From: Candidatus Poribacteria bacterium
GTDB lineage: Bacteria > Poribacteria > WGA-4E > PCPOR2b
Reading direction: 5' to 3'
Length of the DNA stretch: 64,000 bases
NCBI GenBank assembly: GCA_965208325.1
Contig: OZ242326.1
Span: 2,688,001 to 2,752,000, forward strand
Made by a program: the position numbers and the translations under genes. Each line of letters opens with the position of its first letter. Positions within the stretch are counted from its first letter, which is position 1. Below the pieces are notes generated by a model that made no database searches, was not told the DNA's origin, and saw only the letters and a list, made by a program, of their open reading frames with translations. Positions 38,491 through 48,067 of this stretch are shown here, one piece after another.

Positions 38491-38677
38491 TCTTACGTTC
38501 CTTAAAAAACATTCAAAACAGGATGAATGTTACTTGTATAGAGAAGGGGCTAAACACTAAATATGTAAGAATAACTCCACAGGGCAACGGTCATCAGTGC
38601 CGCGGCACACCGAAATTACCAATACACTGGTAAGGAAAATATGTAAAGACTTAGGCATTCCTTCTCCGTTTCGATAA
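38465..38677 (+). pseudogene. hicA: hicA toxin pseudogene (in-frame TAA at 38558-38560)
   Basis: translates as ...KKHSKQDECYLYREGAKH*ICKNNSTGQRSSVPRHTEITNTLVRKICKDLGIPSPFR*; absent from the ORF track; start uncertain. Confidence 0.85.
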
Positions 38678-38826
38678 CTTTCATTCCCTAGCGGCTGATT
38701 AGCAAATCCGAGAATTCAGTTTAAGCCAAATGGCAGGTGCCCATGGGAAACTGCGTTTTTCACCGCCTTCTAGGAAAGACTACTCATATTTACCGCTGAC
38801 GCTGAATTGTGTAAGTCTTTAGAAAT

Positions 38827-39855
38827 ATGAAACTCGCCGATTACGATTATAATCTGCCCGATACGCTTATCCCGCAGTTTCCGCTGCAACGCAGAGATGC
38901 ATCCCGCTTAATGGTCATCAATCGGCGAACACGGGAAATACGCCATGCGCAGTTCTCGCAAATTGGCGAGTTTCTACCCCCTCGGTCGCTGCTCGTGCTC
39001 AACGACACCAAAGTCATTCCGGCGCGGCTGATTGGCGAAAAGTTGCCGACAGGCGGTAAGATTCAACTACTGTTAATCCGTCCAAAAGGGGAGAGAATTT
39101 GGGAAACGCTGGTTAGGCCTAGCCGGCGCGTCAGCCGAGGCACCCGCTTGGTGTTTGGTCAGGGCGCTTTAACCGCCCAAATAGGCCAAAAAAATAAGCA
39201 TGGCATTTGCATCGTCCGTTTCACATATGACGGCGAATTCCACTCGATTCTCGCGCGAGTCGGTCAAATACCGCTGCCGCCTTACATCAAACGAGAACCC
39301 GACGCGGAAGATCGAGAGCGGTATCAATGTGTCTACGCTTCGTCCGAAGGCGCCGTTGCCGCCCCAACAGCAGGGCTCCACTTCACACAATCCTTGCTGA
39401 ATCAACTCAAGCGGGATGGGTTCGACTGGGTTACGCTAACGCTGCACGTCGGGCTTGGCACGTTTCAACCGGTCAAAGTCGAGGACATTGAAAACCATAA
39501 ATTGCATGAAGAGTATTTTGACATCTCTCAAACATCTGCCGACCAACTCAATTCCATAATCGAGGAAAGGAGAAAGGTGGTAGCTGTCGGAACTACCTCG
39601 GTTCGAGCCCTCGAAGCAGTCGCTTCGGATGGGAGAATCCGCCCTTATCGCGGATTCACAGACATTTTTATTTATCCCGGCTATCAATTCAAAGCCGTTG
39701 ACGCTTTGATTACCAACTTTCATCTGCCGCGCTCGACGCTGCTGATGCTTGTCAGCGCATTCGCTGACCGCGAATTTATTCTCGAAGCTTACCGGCAGGC
39801 TATCGCTCGGGAATATCGTTTCTATAGCTATGGTGATGCAATGCTAATACTTTAA
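38827..39855 (+). CDS. queA: S-adenosylmethionine:tRNA ribosyltransferase-isomerase
   Basis: NDTKVIPARL, PLPPYI, AAPTAGLHF, LHVGLGTF, VGTTSVRALE, FYSYGDAM. Confidence 0.98.
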   Translation: MKLADYDYNLPDTLIPQFPLQRRDASRLMVINRRTREIRHAQFSQIGEFLPPRSLLVLNDTKVIPARLIGEKLPTGGKIQLLLIRPKGERIWETLVRPSRRVSRGTRLVFGQGALTAQIGQKNKHGICIVRFTYDGEFHSILARVGQIPLPPYIKREPDAEDRERYQCVYASSEGAVAAPTAGLHFTQSLLNQLKRDGFDWVTLTLHVGLGTFQPVKVEDIENHKLHEEYFDISQTSADQLNSIIEERRKVVAVGTTSVRALEAVASDGRIRPYRGFTDIFIYPGYQFKAVDALITNFHLPRSTLLMLVSAFADREFILEAYRQAIAREYRFYSYGDAMLIL

Positions 39856-39874
39856 ATCTAAAGGAGACTAAACT

Positions 39875-40147
39875 ATGGAAATGTTTTTTATGTTTATTCC
39901 GATGCTGGCAATTCTTTATTTCCTCATATGGCGTCCTGAACAGCTTAAACGGAAAAAACATCAAGCCATGTTAGATAATCTCGCGAAGGGAAATCTCGTC
40001 GTTACAACGGGAGGGTTACACGGGAAAGTCATCGGCGTTGACAAAGAGATTGTTGTGCTCGCAATTGCCGAGAACGTAAAGGTCGAGGTTTCGCGCGGCT
40101 GTATTGCTTTCCTGAAGAAGGGCGGAGAGTTAATCGAAGGTGAATAG
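39875..40147 (+). CDS. yajC: preprotein translocase subunit YajC
   Basis: YFLIWRPEQ...L.KG..VVTTGGLHGKV. Confidence 0.93.
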   Translation: MEMFFMFIPMLAILYFLIWRPEQLKRKKHQAMLDNLAKGNLVVTTGGLHGKVIGVDKEIVVLAIAENVKVEVSRGCIAFLKKGGELIEGE

Positions 40148-40211
40148 GAGATAAACCGCCGATTCTGCAAAGGGTCGCTCACTTCGAGAATTTGTGCAAC
40201 AGCGTCAAGGT

Positions 40212-41048
40212 TTATCTGAAATCCTTCATTGAGCCCCACGTCACGGCAAGTTTCGCCGAAGGATTGACGGCAAATCCCTTTGACTTAAAATTCGCTAGGA
40301 CTTCTCCTTTGTCCAACGCACGATTATAGATAGCGACTTCATCGACGGCGCCGTCCGCCCAGGTTCGATCCGCAAAGGTAAAAATCTTTTTGCCGAACGT
40401 CGCTCGTGTCCCATCTCCGGTCTGGAACGGTTGTACCTTCGCGTTGTCATACACCACATCATCGCCGTCGACATAAATTTTAAGCTCAGTCTTATTGTCG
40501 TAGGTCACGGTTACATGGTACCAACGGCCTACTTTTGCACCGAATTGCGATTCATGATCGTTACATACGCCCCACATTGTAATCTGGTTTGAATGCCAAG
40601 TTGTAATGCAGAACAACTCCCCTTTACAGGCTTGACCGGATTCGCCTTCCCACCCCCAACCAACGAGAACGTGAAACTGGTCGCTCTTTGTGTTCCATTT
40701 GACCCAAGCGCTCAATGTCCGGGGGTCGGAGCCGGTTATTCCAATCTCCTCTGTCGATTGCGCATAGTCGCCGTCGCCGTCAAACTCCAATGCAGTACCC
40801 AGTTTCCCTTTAACAACCTTTGGATCGCTTCTTCCGCCAGCTAACAACGGCGGTGATTTGCCGCGTATAATTTCCACATCGTTTTTGCCGACAAGGTCTG
40901 GAACGATGTCTTTGTCAATTTTATCAAATGACCAGTAGTGAACTAACCCCTTTTCAATCACTTGACCGTCCGCCGTACTCGTGTACGCCACTGCGGCCGC
41001 GGCAACTGCTACAACATAGGCCAACCGTACAATTTTGTCTGAAATCAT
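40212..41048 (-). CDS. secreted LamG-like jellyroll (concanavalin A-like) protein with short C-terminal motif
   Basis: probable start MISDK at 41048; HYWSFD, GKLGTALEFDG, WYHVTVTYD, DEVAIYNRAL, AVNPSAKLAVTWGSMK. Confidence 0.88.
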   Translation of the reverse strand: MISDKIVRLAYVVAVAAAAVAYTSTADGQVIEKGLVHYWSFDKIDKDIVPDLVGKNDVEIIRGKSPPLLAGGRSDPKVVKGKLGTALEFDGDGDYAQSTEEIGITGSDPRTLSAWVKWNTKSDQFHVLVGWGWEGESGQACKGELFCITTWHSNQITMWGVCNDHESQFGAKVGRWYHVTVTYDNKTELKIYVDGDDVVYDNAKVQPFQTGDGTRATFGKKIFTFADRTWADGAVDEVAIYNRALDKGEVLANFKSKGFAVNPSAKLAVTWGSMKDFR

Positions 41049-41192
41049 CCGTACCCGTCCTTTCTTTATTTTGCGTGTGGCGGATTGCTTGCAATTACGC
41101 TCACCCTTTAAGTAACCGCGTTCTCGCACAAGCGTTATAATTATCATAGCACAACCGATATTGGAAAACAATATCATTGAAAGGAGACAACG

Positions 41193-41945
41193 ATGAATCT
41201 GGCAGGCAAAGTGGCAATAGTCACTGGGGGTGCCCAGGGGCTCGGACGGGCAACCGTGGAAGCCTTTGTCGCAGCGGACGCACTCGGCGTCATCATCGCC
41301 GACCTGCAAGCTGACCAGGCGGAGGCAACTGCCCAAGAAATTATGGATGTTCAAAAAGGGCAAGTGGTAGCGCTGCCAACTGATGTGTGCAATCCCTCGC
41401 AGGTCGAGGCAATGGTTCAGGCTGCGACGAGTCGTTTCGGTCGAATTGACATCTTGGTCAACAACGCCGGCATGTGTCCAATTGCGGACTGGGACAGCGT
41501 AACGCTTGAAGACTGGAATCGAATCCTTGCGGTCAATGTGACCGGCATGTTTCTCTGCACAAAAGCCGTCATTCCTCACATGAAGCTTCAGAAATACGGA
41601 CGCATCGTCTATGTGTCCTCGCCCGCGGGCCGCGTCGGCAGTATTATCGCGAACGTCGCATACGGCGTGAGCAAAGGCGGCTGCTTGGCATTGATGAAAT
41701 CGGTGGCGAAGGGTTTCGCAAAGCACGGTATCTTGGCAAACGCAATCCTTCCGGGTCCGATAGATACACCGCTCTCGCGCTCTTTCGGGCAGGACTTTTG
41801 GGATTCGCAGGAGGAACGTCCCCTACTCAAGCGTCACGCTTCGGCAAAGGAGGTGGCTGACGCCGTGTTGTTCTTGGTCTCTGATCGCAGCACCTATATC
41901 ACGGGTCATGAACTGTGGGTAGACGGGGGCTGGAGTCTGGGATAG
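41193..41945 (+). CDS. short-chain dehydrogenase/reductase (SDR)
   Basis: TGGAQGLG, LVNNAG, YGVSK, PGPIDT, VDGG. Confidence 0.95.
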   Translation: MNLAGKVAIVTGGAQGLGRATVEAFVAADALGVIIADLQADQAEATAQEIMDVQKGQVVALPTDVCNPSQVEAMVQAATSRFGRIDILVNNAGMCPIADWDSVTLEDWNRILAVNVTGMFLCTKAVIPHMKLQKYGRIVYVSSPAGRVGSIIANVAYGVSKGGCLALMKSVAKGFAKHGILANAILPGPIDTPLSRSFGQDFWDSQEERPLLKRHASAKEVADAVLFLVSDRSTYITGHELWVDGGWSLG

Positions 41946-42038
41946 CGGTTCGTACCACATTGTCGGGCTCCGTAGAAAATCGACGAGGGGCGTCCTCTCG
42001 CGATGGTGGTTAAGATAGCAAATTGATACATTATTTTC

Positions 42039-42068
42039 TTGACGAGATTTTTGTCAACGTGATATTAT
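42039..42068 (+). promoter_or_regulatory. sigma70-type promoter for the ABC operon, overlapped by a TTGAC-N9-GTCAA palindrome
   Basis: TTGACG-N18-TATTAT with extended TG. Confidence 0.45.
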
Positions 42069-42131
42069 TCTCTGTCGTTTGGTCATTAAACTTCGGTTCT
42101 CGAAAATTCATAATCGAGGTGACATACCTAT

Positions 42132-43088
42132 ATGATTGAAGTCAAAAATTTGACAAAACGCTACGGCGCAACCGTCGCTGTAAACGATGTTTCTTTCGAT
42201 GCACAAGCCGGCGAAGTAGTGGGTTTCATAGGTCCAAACGGCGCTGGAAAAACTACAACCATGCGTATCTTGACCTGCTATCTTTCAGCAGATGCAGGTA
42301 CAGCTAAAGTCGCCGGATACGACGTTTTTGAGGAGTCCATTGAAGTTCGCAAGCAGATTGGTTACTTGCCTGAAAGTACACCGCTCTACACCGATATGGG
42401 CGTCCTCGATTATCTCAACTTTATCGCGCAGATCCGCAACATTCCAAAGAACCAGCGAAAAAAGCGCATTAAGGAAGTGATTGAAGTTTGCGGCCTCGGG
42501 AAAGTCATCCAAAAAGATATCGGCGAACTCTCCAAAGGCTACCGCCAACGCCTCGGCTTGTCACAAGCCCTCGTCCACGACCCATCAATACTCATCCTAG
42601 ATGAAGCCACTTCTGGACTTGACCCTAGGCAAATTGTAGAATTTCGCAGTCTGATTAAAGAACTCGGCAAAGAGAAGATGATTCTTCTCAGTTCACATAT
42701 CCTGCCGGAGGTCTCTGCGACATGCAGTCGAATTTTGGTTATTGATGAAGGGCATCTTGTGGCAAACGGCACGCCGGAGGAATTAGCCGGGCGTGCAAAG
42801 GGACAGGAAGTTGTCCATATCTCGATTCGCGGCCCCCGTGAGGAGATTGAGGCTAAACTGGATGAACTGAGTTTTGTATCCGACTACAAGTGCGTGAAAT
42901 CCGACGACGAAATTCTCGGATACCGGATTGCGTGCCAGAAAGGCAAAAACGCGGTAGAGAAAATCTCCCAGTTTGTCGCAGAGAACCACTGGAGACTATT
43001 GGAGGCACATCAGGAAACGGTTAGCTTGGAAGATGTGTTCCTGCAGTTGACTAGCAGCGATTCGGCGGCTGATGAAAGTAATGCGTAA
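42132..43088 (+). CDS. ABC transporter ATP-binding protein (GldA-like)
   Basis: GPNGAGKTT, LSKGYRQR, LILDE, SSH. Confidence 0.95.
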   Translation: MIEVKNLTKRYGATVAVNDVSFDAQAGEVVGFIGPNGAGKTTTMRILTCYLSADAGTAKVAGYDVFEESIEVRKQIGYLPESTPLYTDMGVLDYLNFIAQIRNIPKNQRKKRIKEVIEVCGLGKVIQKDIGELSKGYRQRLGLSQALVHDPSILILDEATSGLDPRQIVEFRSLIKELGKEKMILLSSHILPEVSATCSRILVIDEGHLVANGTPEELAGRAKGQEVVHISIRGPREEIEAKLDELSFVSDYKCVKSDDEILGYRIACQKGKNAVEKISQFVAENHWRLLEAHQETVSLEDVFLQLTSSDSAADESNA

Positions 43089-43211
43089 TGCGTAATGGGC
43101 ATCTTCGCCTTAAATATGGCTACTCCCATAGTGCAACTTTTAAAATGTCTTGTGGCAGCACACTAAAAGCGTCTAATGATATCGATTCAAGGAGGTTGGG
43201 CACGAAGGCTT

Positions 43212-43952
43212 ATGAACAACATCGCGGCCATTTTCAAGAAGGAGTTCAGGAGTTACTTTAATTCTCCAATCGCATACATTTTTATCACATTCTTCTTGGC
43301 GATTTCCGCTTGGTTTTTCTTTCTTAGCTTTTTCATCATGAACCGAGCCGCATTGCCGATGTATTTTGGGTTAATGCCCTGGTTTTTTCTTCTCTTTGTT
43401 CCAGCAGTGACGATGAAACTCTGGGCAGAAGAGAAAAAGTTAGGGACAGTTGAAATCTTGATGACTCTGCCGATTAAGGATTACGAAGTCGTCATCGGCA
43501 AATTCCTCGCGAGTTTTGCCCTGCTTGCGGTAACCGTTATCTTCTCGTTTTCGGTGCCATTGACGGTCGCCTACTTGGGCAACCCCGATAGCGGTCCCAT
43601 CGTAGGAGGCTACATTGGGCTCATTCTGATGGGCGGCGCTTACATCTCCATTGGGCTCCTCGCTTCAACATTGACGGAAAACCAGATTGTCGCTTTTATT
43701 CTTGGGATTGTCATGTCTTTTGTGCTGTTTATCATTGGTGAGGACTTTGTGCTTGCCAATCGTCCGGACTGGATTCCAAACTTGGTTTGGAATTGGTTCG
43801 TCCCGATATTCAGGTACCTCGGGTTAGGCGCGCATTTTAGCAGCATCCTAAGAGGCGTAATCGATTCTCGGGATCTCATCTACTATCTTTCCGTTATCGG
43901 GTTTTTTCTCTACCTGAGCGTTTTATCTCTTGAAAGTCGAAAATGGAGGTAG
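43212..43952 (+). CDS. ABC-2 permease (GldF-like)
   Basis: KKEFRSYFNSPIAY, AEEKKLGTVEILMTLP, GKF, TENQIVA; probable start 43212. Confidence 0.93.
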   Translation: MNNIAAIFKKEFRSYFNSPIAYIFITFFLAISAWFFFLSFFIMNRAALPMYFGLMPWFFLLFVPAVTMKLWAEEKKLGTVEILMTLPIKDYEVVIGKFLASFALLAVTVIFSFSVPLTVAYLGNPDSGPIVGGYIGLILMGGAYISIGLLASTLTENQIVAFILGIVMSFVLFIIGEDFVLANRPDWIPNLVWNWFVPIFRYLGLGAHFSSILRGVIDSRDLIYYLSVIGFFLYLSVLSLESRKWR

Positions 43953-43956
43953 ACCT

Positions 43957-45615
43957 GTGGCAAACAGAACACTAAAATACGGAAGCAATACGTTCGTCTT
44001 TATCCTTGTTGTATTTGGCATTGTTGCGGCAATCAATTTTCTGTCAAGCCATCGTTTCCTAAGAGCGGATCTCACCGATGACAAGCGATATACCATTTCA
44101 GCATCGACAAAGGATGTTATTAAGCGTCTGGACGACGTTGTGACGATTAACGCCTACTTTTCGCGCGAACCCGAGCGGGTCGCCCAAATTCGCCGCGATG
44201 TCCGCGATGTACTTGATGAGTACCGCGCTTTCTCAAACAAACTGCAAATTGACTTTATTGATCCCAGCGAGGACGAGGCAGAAAAGAACAAGCTTCGGTT
44301 CATGGGCATTCCTGAAGTGCAAATGAACGTAATTGAGAAGGACAAAGCACAAGTTGCCAACGTTTATATGGGGCTTGCCGTGATATATGAAGACAAGAAG
44401 GAAATCCTACCTGTGGTCCAGAATACCTTCGCGCTCGAATACAACCTGACATCCGCCATTCTCAAGGTGACCAGAACTGAAGTTAAAACCGTTGGTTTCC
44501 TCTCAGGGCACGATGAACTCGATATTGATGACACCCAACGGTTTGGAGACATGCGCCGGGAGTTAAGCAAGCAGTACAATGTCAAAAAAGTTGCCATTAA
44601 CCAAGGGAGAGAAATTGATAGTGATGTTGCGACGCTTGTCGTCGCTGGCCCTAAACAAGAAATTACTGAGAGTGAAAAGTATGAAATCGATCAGTTCATT
44701 ATGCGCGGCGGGCGGGCGATTTTTTTGGTCGACACAATTCAAATTCCGGAAGGAACACTACAGGCACAGACGCTGACAACCGGACTGAATGATCTTCTTG
44801 AACATTACGGCGTAAAACTCGGCAACAATCTCGTGCTTGACGATGCATCCCAGGGGCAACTCACCTATACACAGGGTTATTTCACAGTCAGAAGCGACTA
44901 CCCGTACTTCGTCAGGGTACTAAATCAATACCGAAATCGTTCGGGGGAGATTGCTAAGGGGCTGTCCGATGAGAGCATCGTCACCAGCCAGTTGGAAAGC
45001 CTGACGTTGAATTGGGCAAGTTCGCTCGAACTGTTGTCGAATGAAGAGGACGCCATTGAGGCGATTGCGCTTGCGAAAACAACCGATCGGAGCTGGACGG
45101 TACAAAGCCCATACGACCTTGCCCCGAACGCCCAACTTAAACCGCCATCATCTGTGCGAAAAAGTCATACGGTCGCGGCATCGCTTTCGGGGGTTTTCAA
45201 GAGTTTCTATGCCGGTAAAGATATCCCGTCTAACGAAACAGCTTCATCAGATGAACTAGAAGGTAAAGTCCAGGTGGAGTCAGCAATCAGTGAAGATCGT
45301 ACCACGATAACCGAGAGCCAGCCGACACAGATTGTTGTGGTCGGAAATTCTGCGTTTCTGCAATTTAGCGGCGGAGATGCTCTGAACTTTTTGTTTAACA
45401 CAATTGACTGGCTTACGCTCGGCGAGGACCTTATCCACATCCGATCCCACAGTGTAACGGAACGCCCGTTAAAGGAGGTGTCTGGGAGCGAGAAATTCTT
45501 CCTCAGATTTGTAAATATATTGGGCGTTCCGTTAGTCGTGGTCGCCTTTGGTTTAATTCGATACCTTTTGAGAAGGAGGGCAAAACGGTTGGTTGAAACC
45601 TATGGAACGGCGTAG
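43957..45615 (+). CDS. GldG-like ABC auxiliary component
   Basis: RADLTDDKRYTIS, EYNLTSAI, GFLSGHDE, NTIDWL, C-terminal TM; GTG start after GGAGGT. Confidence 0.92.
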   Translation: MANRTLKYGSNTFVFILVVFGIVAAINFLSSHRFLRADLTDDKRYTISASTKDVIKRLDDVVTINAYFSREPERVAQIRRDVRDVLDEYRAFSNKLQIDFIDPSEDEAEKNKLRFMGIPEVQMNVIEKDKAQVANVYMGLAVIYEDKKEILPVVQNTFALEYNLTSAILKVTRTEVKTVGFLSGHDELDIDDTQRFGDMRRELSKQYNVKKVAINQGREIDSDVATLVVAGPKQEITESEKYEIDQFIMRGGRAIFLVDTIQIPEGTLQAQTLTTGLNDLLEHYGVKLGNNLVLDDASQGQLTYTQGYFTVRSDYPYFVRVLNQYRNRSGEIAKGLSDESIVTSQLESLTLNWASSLELLSNEEDAIEAIALAKTTDRSWTVQSPYDLAPNAQLKPPSSVRKSHTVAASLSGVFKSFYAGKDIPSNETASSDELEGKVQVESAISEDRTTITESQPTQIVVVGNSAFLQFSGGDALNFLFNTIDWLTLGEDLIHIRSHSVTERPLKEVSGSEKFFLRFVNILGVPLVVVAFGLIRYLLRRRAKRLVETYGTA

Positions 45616-45643
45616 TGTGCCTCGCACCAACCCGTATTGAATC

Positions 45644-46660
45644 ATGAAAACGAAGCAACTCCTAGTATTAGTTGGCGTTTTGGTAGTGTTAGGGTTACTC
45701 ATCTTGACCCTGGAGAACCCTTTCGGTAAGAGCGAACGCGAAAAGAAAGTCGAAGCGGCATTGCCGCTATTCCCAAACTTCAAGCGCGAGAGCGTAGCTC
45801 GAGTTGAGATTACGGCATTAGCGCAAACCACCACCCTTGTCAAAGAAGCCGATCAGTGGTTGGTGGCGACAATGGACAACTATCCCGCGGATCCGGAAGC
45901 CGTTGATGAGATGTTCGACAAAGTCGCCGAATTCAAGACTGTCGATCTTGTGTCCACGAATCCCGATAAACAATCGGTATTCCAAGTCGATGCCTCAGGT
46001 GCCGAAGCAAAACTCTTGGATGCAAACGACAATATACTCGCTCACCTCTTCGTCGGAAAGACCACCCCCGGTGTCTTCAGCAGCTACATTCGCGCAGCAG
46101 ATTCCAATAACGTTTACACCGGCGAAGGATACCTCAAAGCAACTTTCGATAAGGGGTACCGGACTTGGAGAGATCGGACAATCTTCAACTTCAATAAGGG
46201 AAACGCTACCAATCTCACCATAAACTCGGAAGAAGAGGACATTGAGCTTCAGGTTGACGCCGAGGGCAAATGGCAAATGCTCAAGCCAGTCGCCTCCGCC
46301 GTTAATCCGACAGAAGTCGATAGTCTCCTGGAAACGCTCAGTTCACTTAAAACAGACGATTTTGAAGAAGAGCAAGACCCCGTTGAACATGAGCTAGATG
46401 ACCCGCGCGCAACGGTTACGGCGAGGTTAAACGACGGCTCAACACGGGTGCTTTTAATTGGGAAACAAGAGGAAGGCAACGACAGGAACCCCGTAAAACG
46501 CTCGGACAAAGATCATATCTTTATGTTGTATAGTTCTAACCTAGACTCGCTGCTCAAGAAGTCCACAGATTTGCAGGAAGACGCGCCAACCGCAGAATCT
46601 GACGCAGAAAACATCACAGCGCCCATAGATGAAGCCGGAGGCGTTCAGGTAATCGAATAG
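45644..46660 (+). CDS. DUF4340 domain protein
   Basis: N-terminal TM anchor; two repeats with W...YPAD, L.VGK, WRDR; usual position after gldG-like genes. Confidence 0.85.
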   Translation: MKTKQLLVLVGVLVVLGLLILTLENPFGKSEREKKVEAALPLFPNFKRESVARVEITALAQTTTLVKEADQWLVATMDNYPADPEAVDEMFDKVAEFKTVDLVSTNPDKQSVFQVDASGAEAKLLDANDNILAHLFVGKTTPGVFSSYIRAADSNNVYTGEGYLKATFDKGYRTWRDRTIFNFNKGNATNLTINSEEEDIELQVDAEGKWQMLKPVASAVNPTEVDSLLETLSSLKTDDFEEEQDPVEHELDDPRATVTARLNDGSTRVLLIGKQEEGNDRNPVKRSDKDHIFMLYSSNLDSLLKKSTDLQEDAPTAESDAENITAPIDEAGGVQVIE

Positions 46661-46757
46661 CCAAAAATCAATCGAGCGGATAGCAATGGTAATAGTCTTT
46701 ACCAATTGAAATCTAATAGCACACAACATAAAACGCACTAATCAGGGAGAATTATTC

Positions 46758-47723
46758 ATGGAACAGGTTGTTTGGGGAATTATGGGTTCAACGGCATGGG
46801 CGGATACGATGTTCGGTCCAGCAATTCAAGGGGCAAGCAATGCTCGGCTCCACGCCGTGTTGAGCAGCAGTCAGGCAAATGCGGATGTATTTTGTGCGAA
46901 ACACAGCGTCGAATGTGGTTATAGTAATCTAGACGAGTTCCTCGCAGACGATGAGATAGAAGCCATCTGGATTGCCACGCCGCAAAACCTCCACGCTGAA
47001 CAGACAATTGCAGCGCTCGAACACGGCAAACATGTCCTGTGCGAGAAGACAATGGCTGTCACCGCCGAGGAGTGCGTATTGATGATCCACGCAGCCGAAC
47101 GGACAGGCAACCTTCTTAGCATCGGCTATCATATGCGGCATCATCCGCTTCACCAGGAATTGCAGCAGGATTGGAATGACGGACAATTCGGAACCCCAAT
47201 CTATGCGCGGGCACAAATTTACTTCCCGTACGGGGAAGCACCCACGACATGGCGCGCGAAAAAGGAGACAAGCGGCGGTTGGGCGATTAACGATGTCGGG
47301 ACGCACGGCATCGATCTCCTCCGTTGGTTCTTAGGCGATGCTGCTGCCGTGCATGGCGAACTGTCCAGTCTGCGTTTCGGCTTGGAGACGGATGACCACG
47401 CCGTTGTTACGATACGTTTCCAAAACGGTGCGGTCGGCGTTGCGGATGCCTCTACAGCAGTAGGCGCCCCCGCCCCGCGGTTGGAACTCTACGGCAGCGA
47501 GGGGTACTGCATCTTGGACGGAACCCTATTCGGCGGCGGCGGAACCGTCACCCAAAGCCGTGCCGGCGCCGATGCGGTTGTTACGGAAGCCCCAATGGCG
47601 CCGCTCTACCAGAATCAGGCTGAAGCGTTCAGCCGCGCAGTCCGAGGGGAAGAAGAACTTATCGTCACCGCAGAAGATGGTCTTGAAAATGTAAAGATTA
47701 TCCAACAAGCGCGGGGTTGGTAG
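46758..47723 (+). CDS. Gfo/Idh/MocA family oxidoreductase
   Basis: WGIMG, IATPQNLH, GKHVLCEK, DVGTHGID. Confidence 0.93.
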   Translation: MEQVVWGIMGSTAWADTMFGPAIQGASNARLHAVLSSSQANADVFCAKHSVECGYSNLDEFLADDEIEAIWIATPQNLHAEQTIAALEHGKHVLCEKTMAVTAEECVLMIHAAERTGNLLSIGYHMRHHPLHQELQQDWNDGQFGTPIYARAQIYFPYGEAPTTWRAKKETSGGWAINDVGTHGIDLLRWFLGDAAAVHGELSSLRFGLETDDHAVVTIRFQNGAVGVADASTAVGAPAPRLELYGSEGYCILDGTLFGGGGTVTQSRAGADAVVTEAPMAPLYQNQAEAFSRAVRGEEELIVTAEDGLENVKIIQQARGW

Positions 47724-47773
47724 GAGCGATCTCCGAATCGCGGCCAATTCCCTCATGCACGCCGCGCTCCTAC
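47720..47773. repeat. GTAG-type REP pair (GTAGGAGCG...CGCTCCTAC)
   Basis: 9-bp inverted arms starting at the stop codon of the upstream gene. Confidence 0.6.
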
Positions 47774-48067
47774 ACAAGACCCGAATTCAATGGCGTCGCT
47801 GTGAATCGTGTTAAAACCTGATCGAAAATTCAATTTTTTTCTGCGATTATTGCCGTAAGCCATAGCCCTAGCGCGGGTTCAACTGAGCAGTTAGCGAAGG
47901 CGATAGTAAATCCCGCTGGATAGTAGTTCCACACAGCATAGCAACTCTAATGCCCAAATATGACTTTCTCACCTAATATTCAAACAGGCTTTTAAGTAAC
48001 AGAAGCGCACTTAATACTGATTTGCCGCAACCGCTAGTCTAATTCCATTCTTTAACCGGATTTCGCT

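Noticed and set aside
41049..41726. 226-aa N-terminal extension of the 504-aa ORF 40212..41726
   Set aside because: Antisense shadow of the SDR gene; the LamG protein's signal peptide begins at 41048
42132..46660. Gliding motility inferred from gldA/F/G-like genes
   Set aside because: This ABC plus DUF4340 module is widespread in non-gliding bacteria; no motor genes in the window
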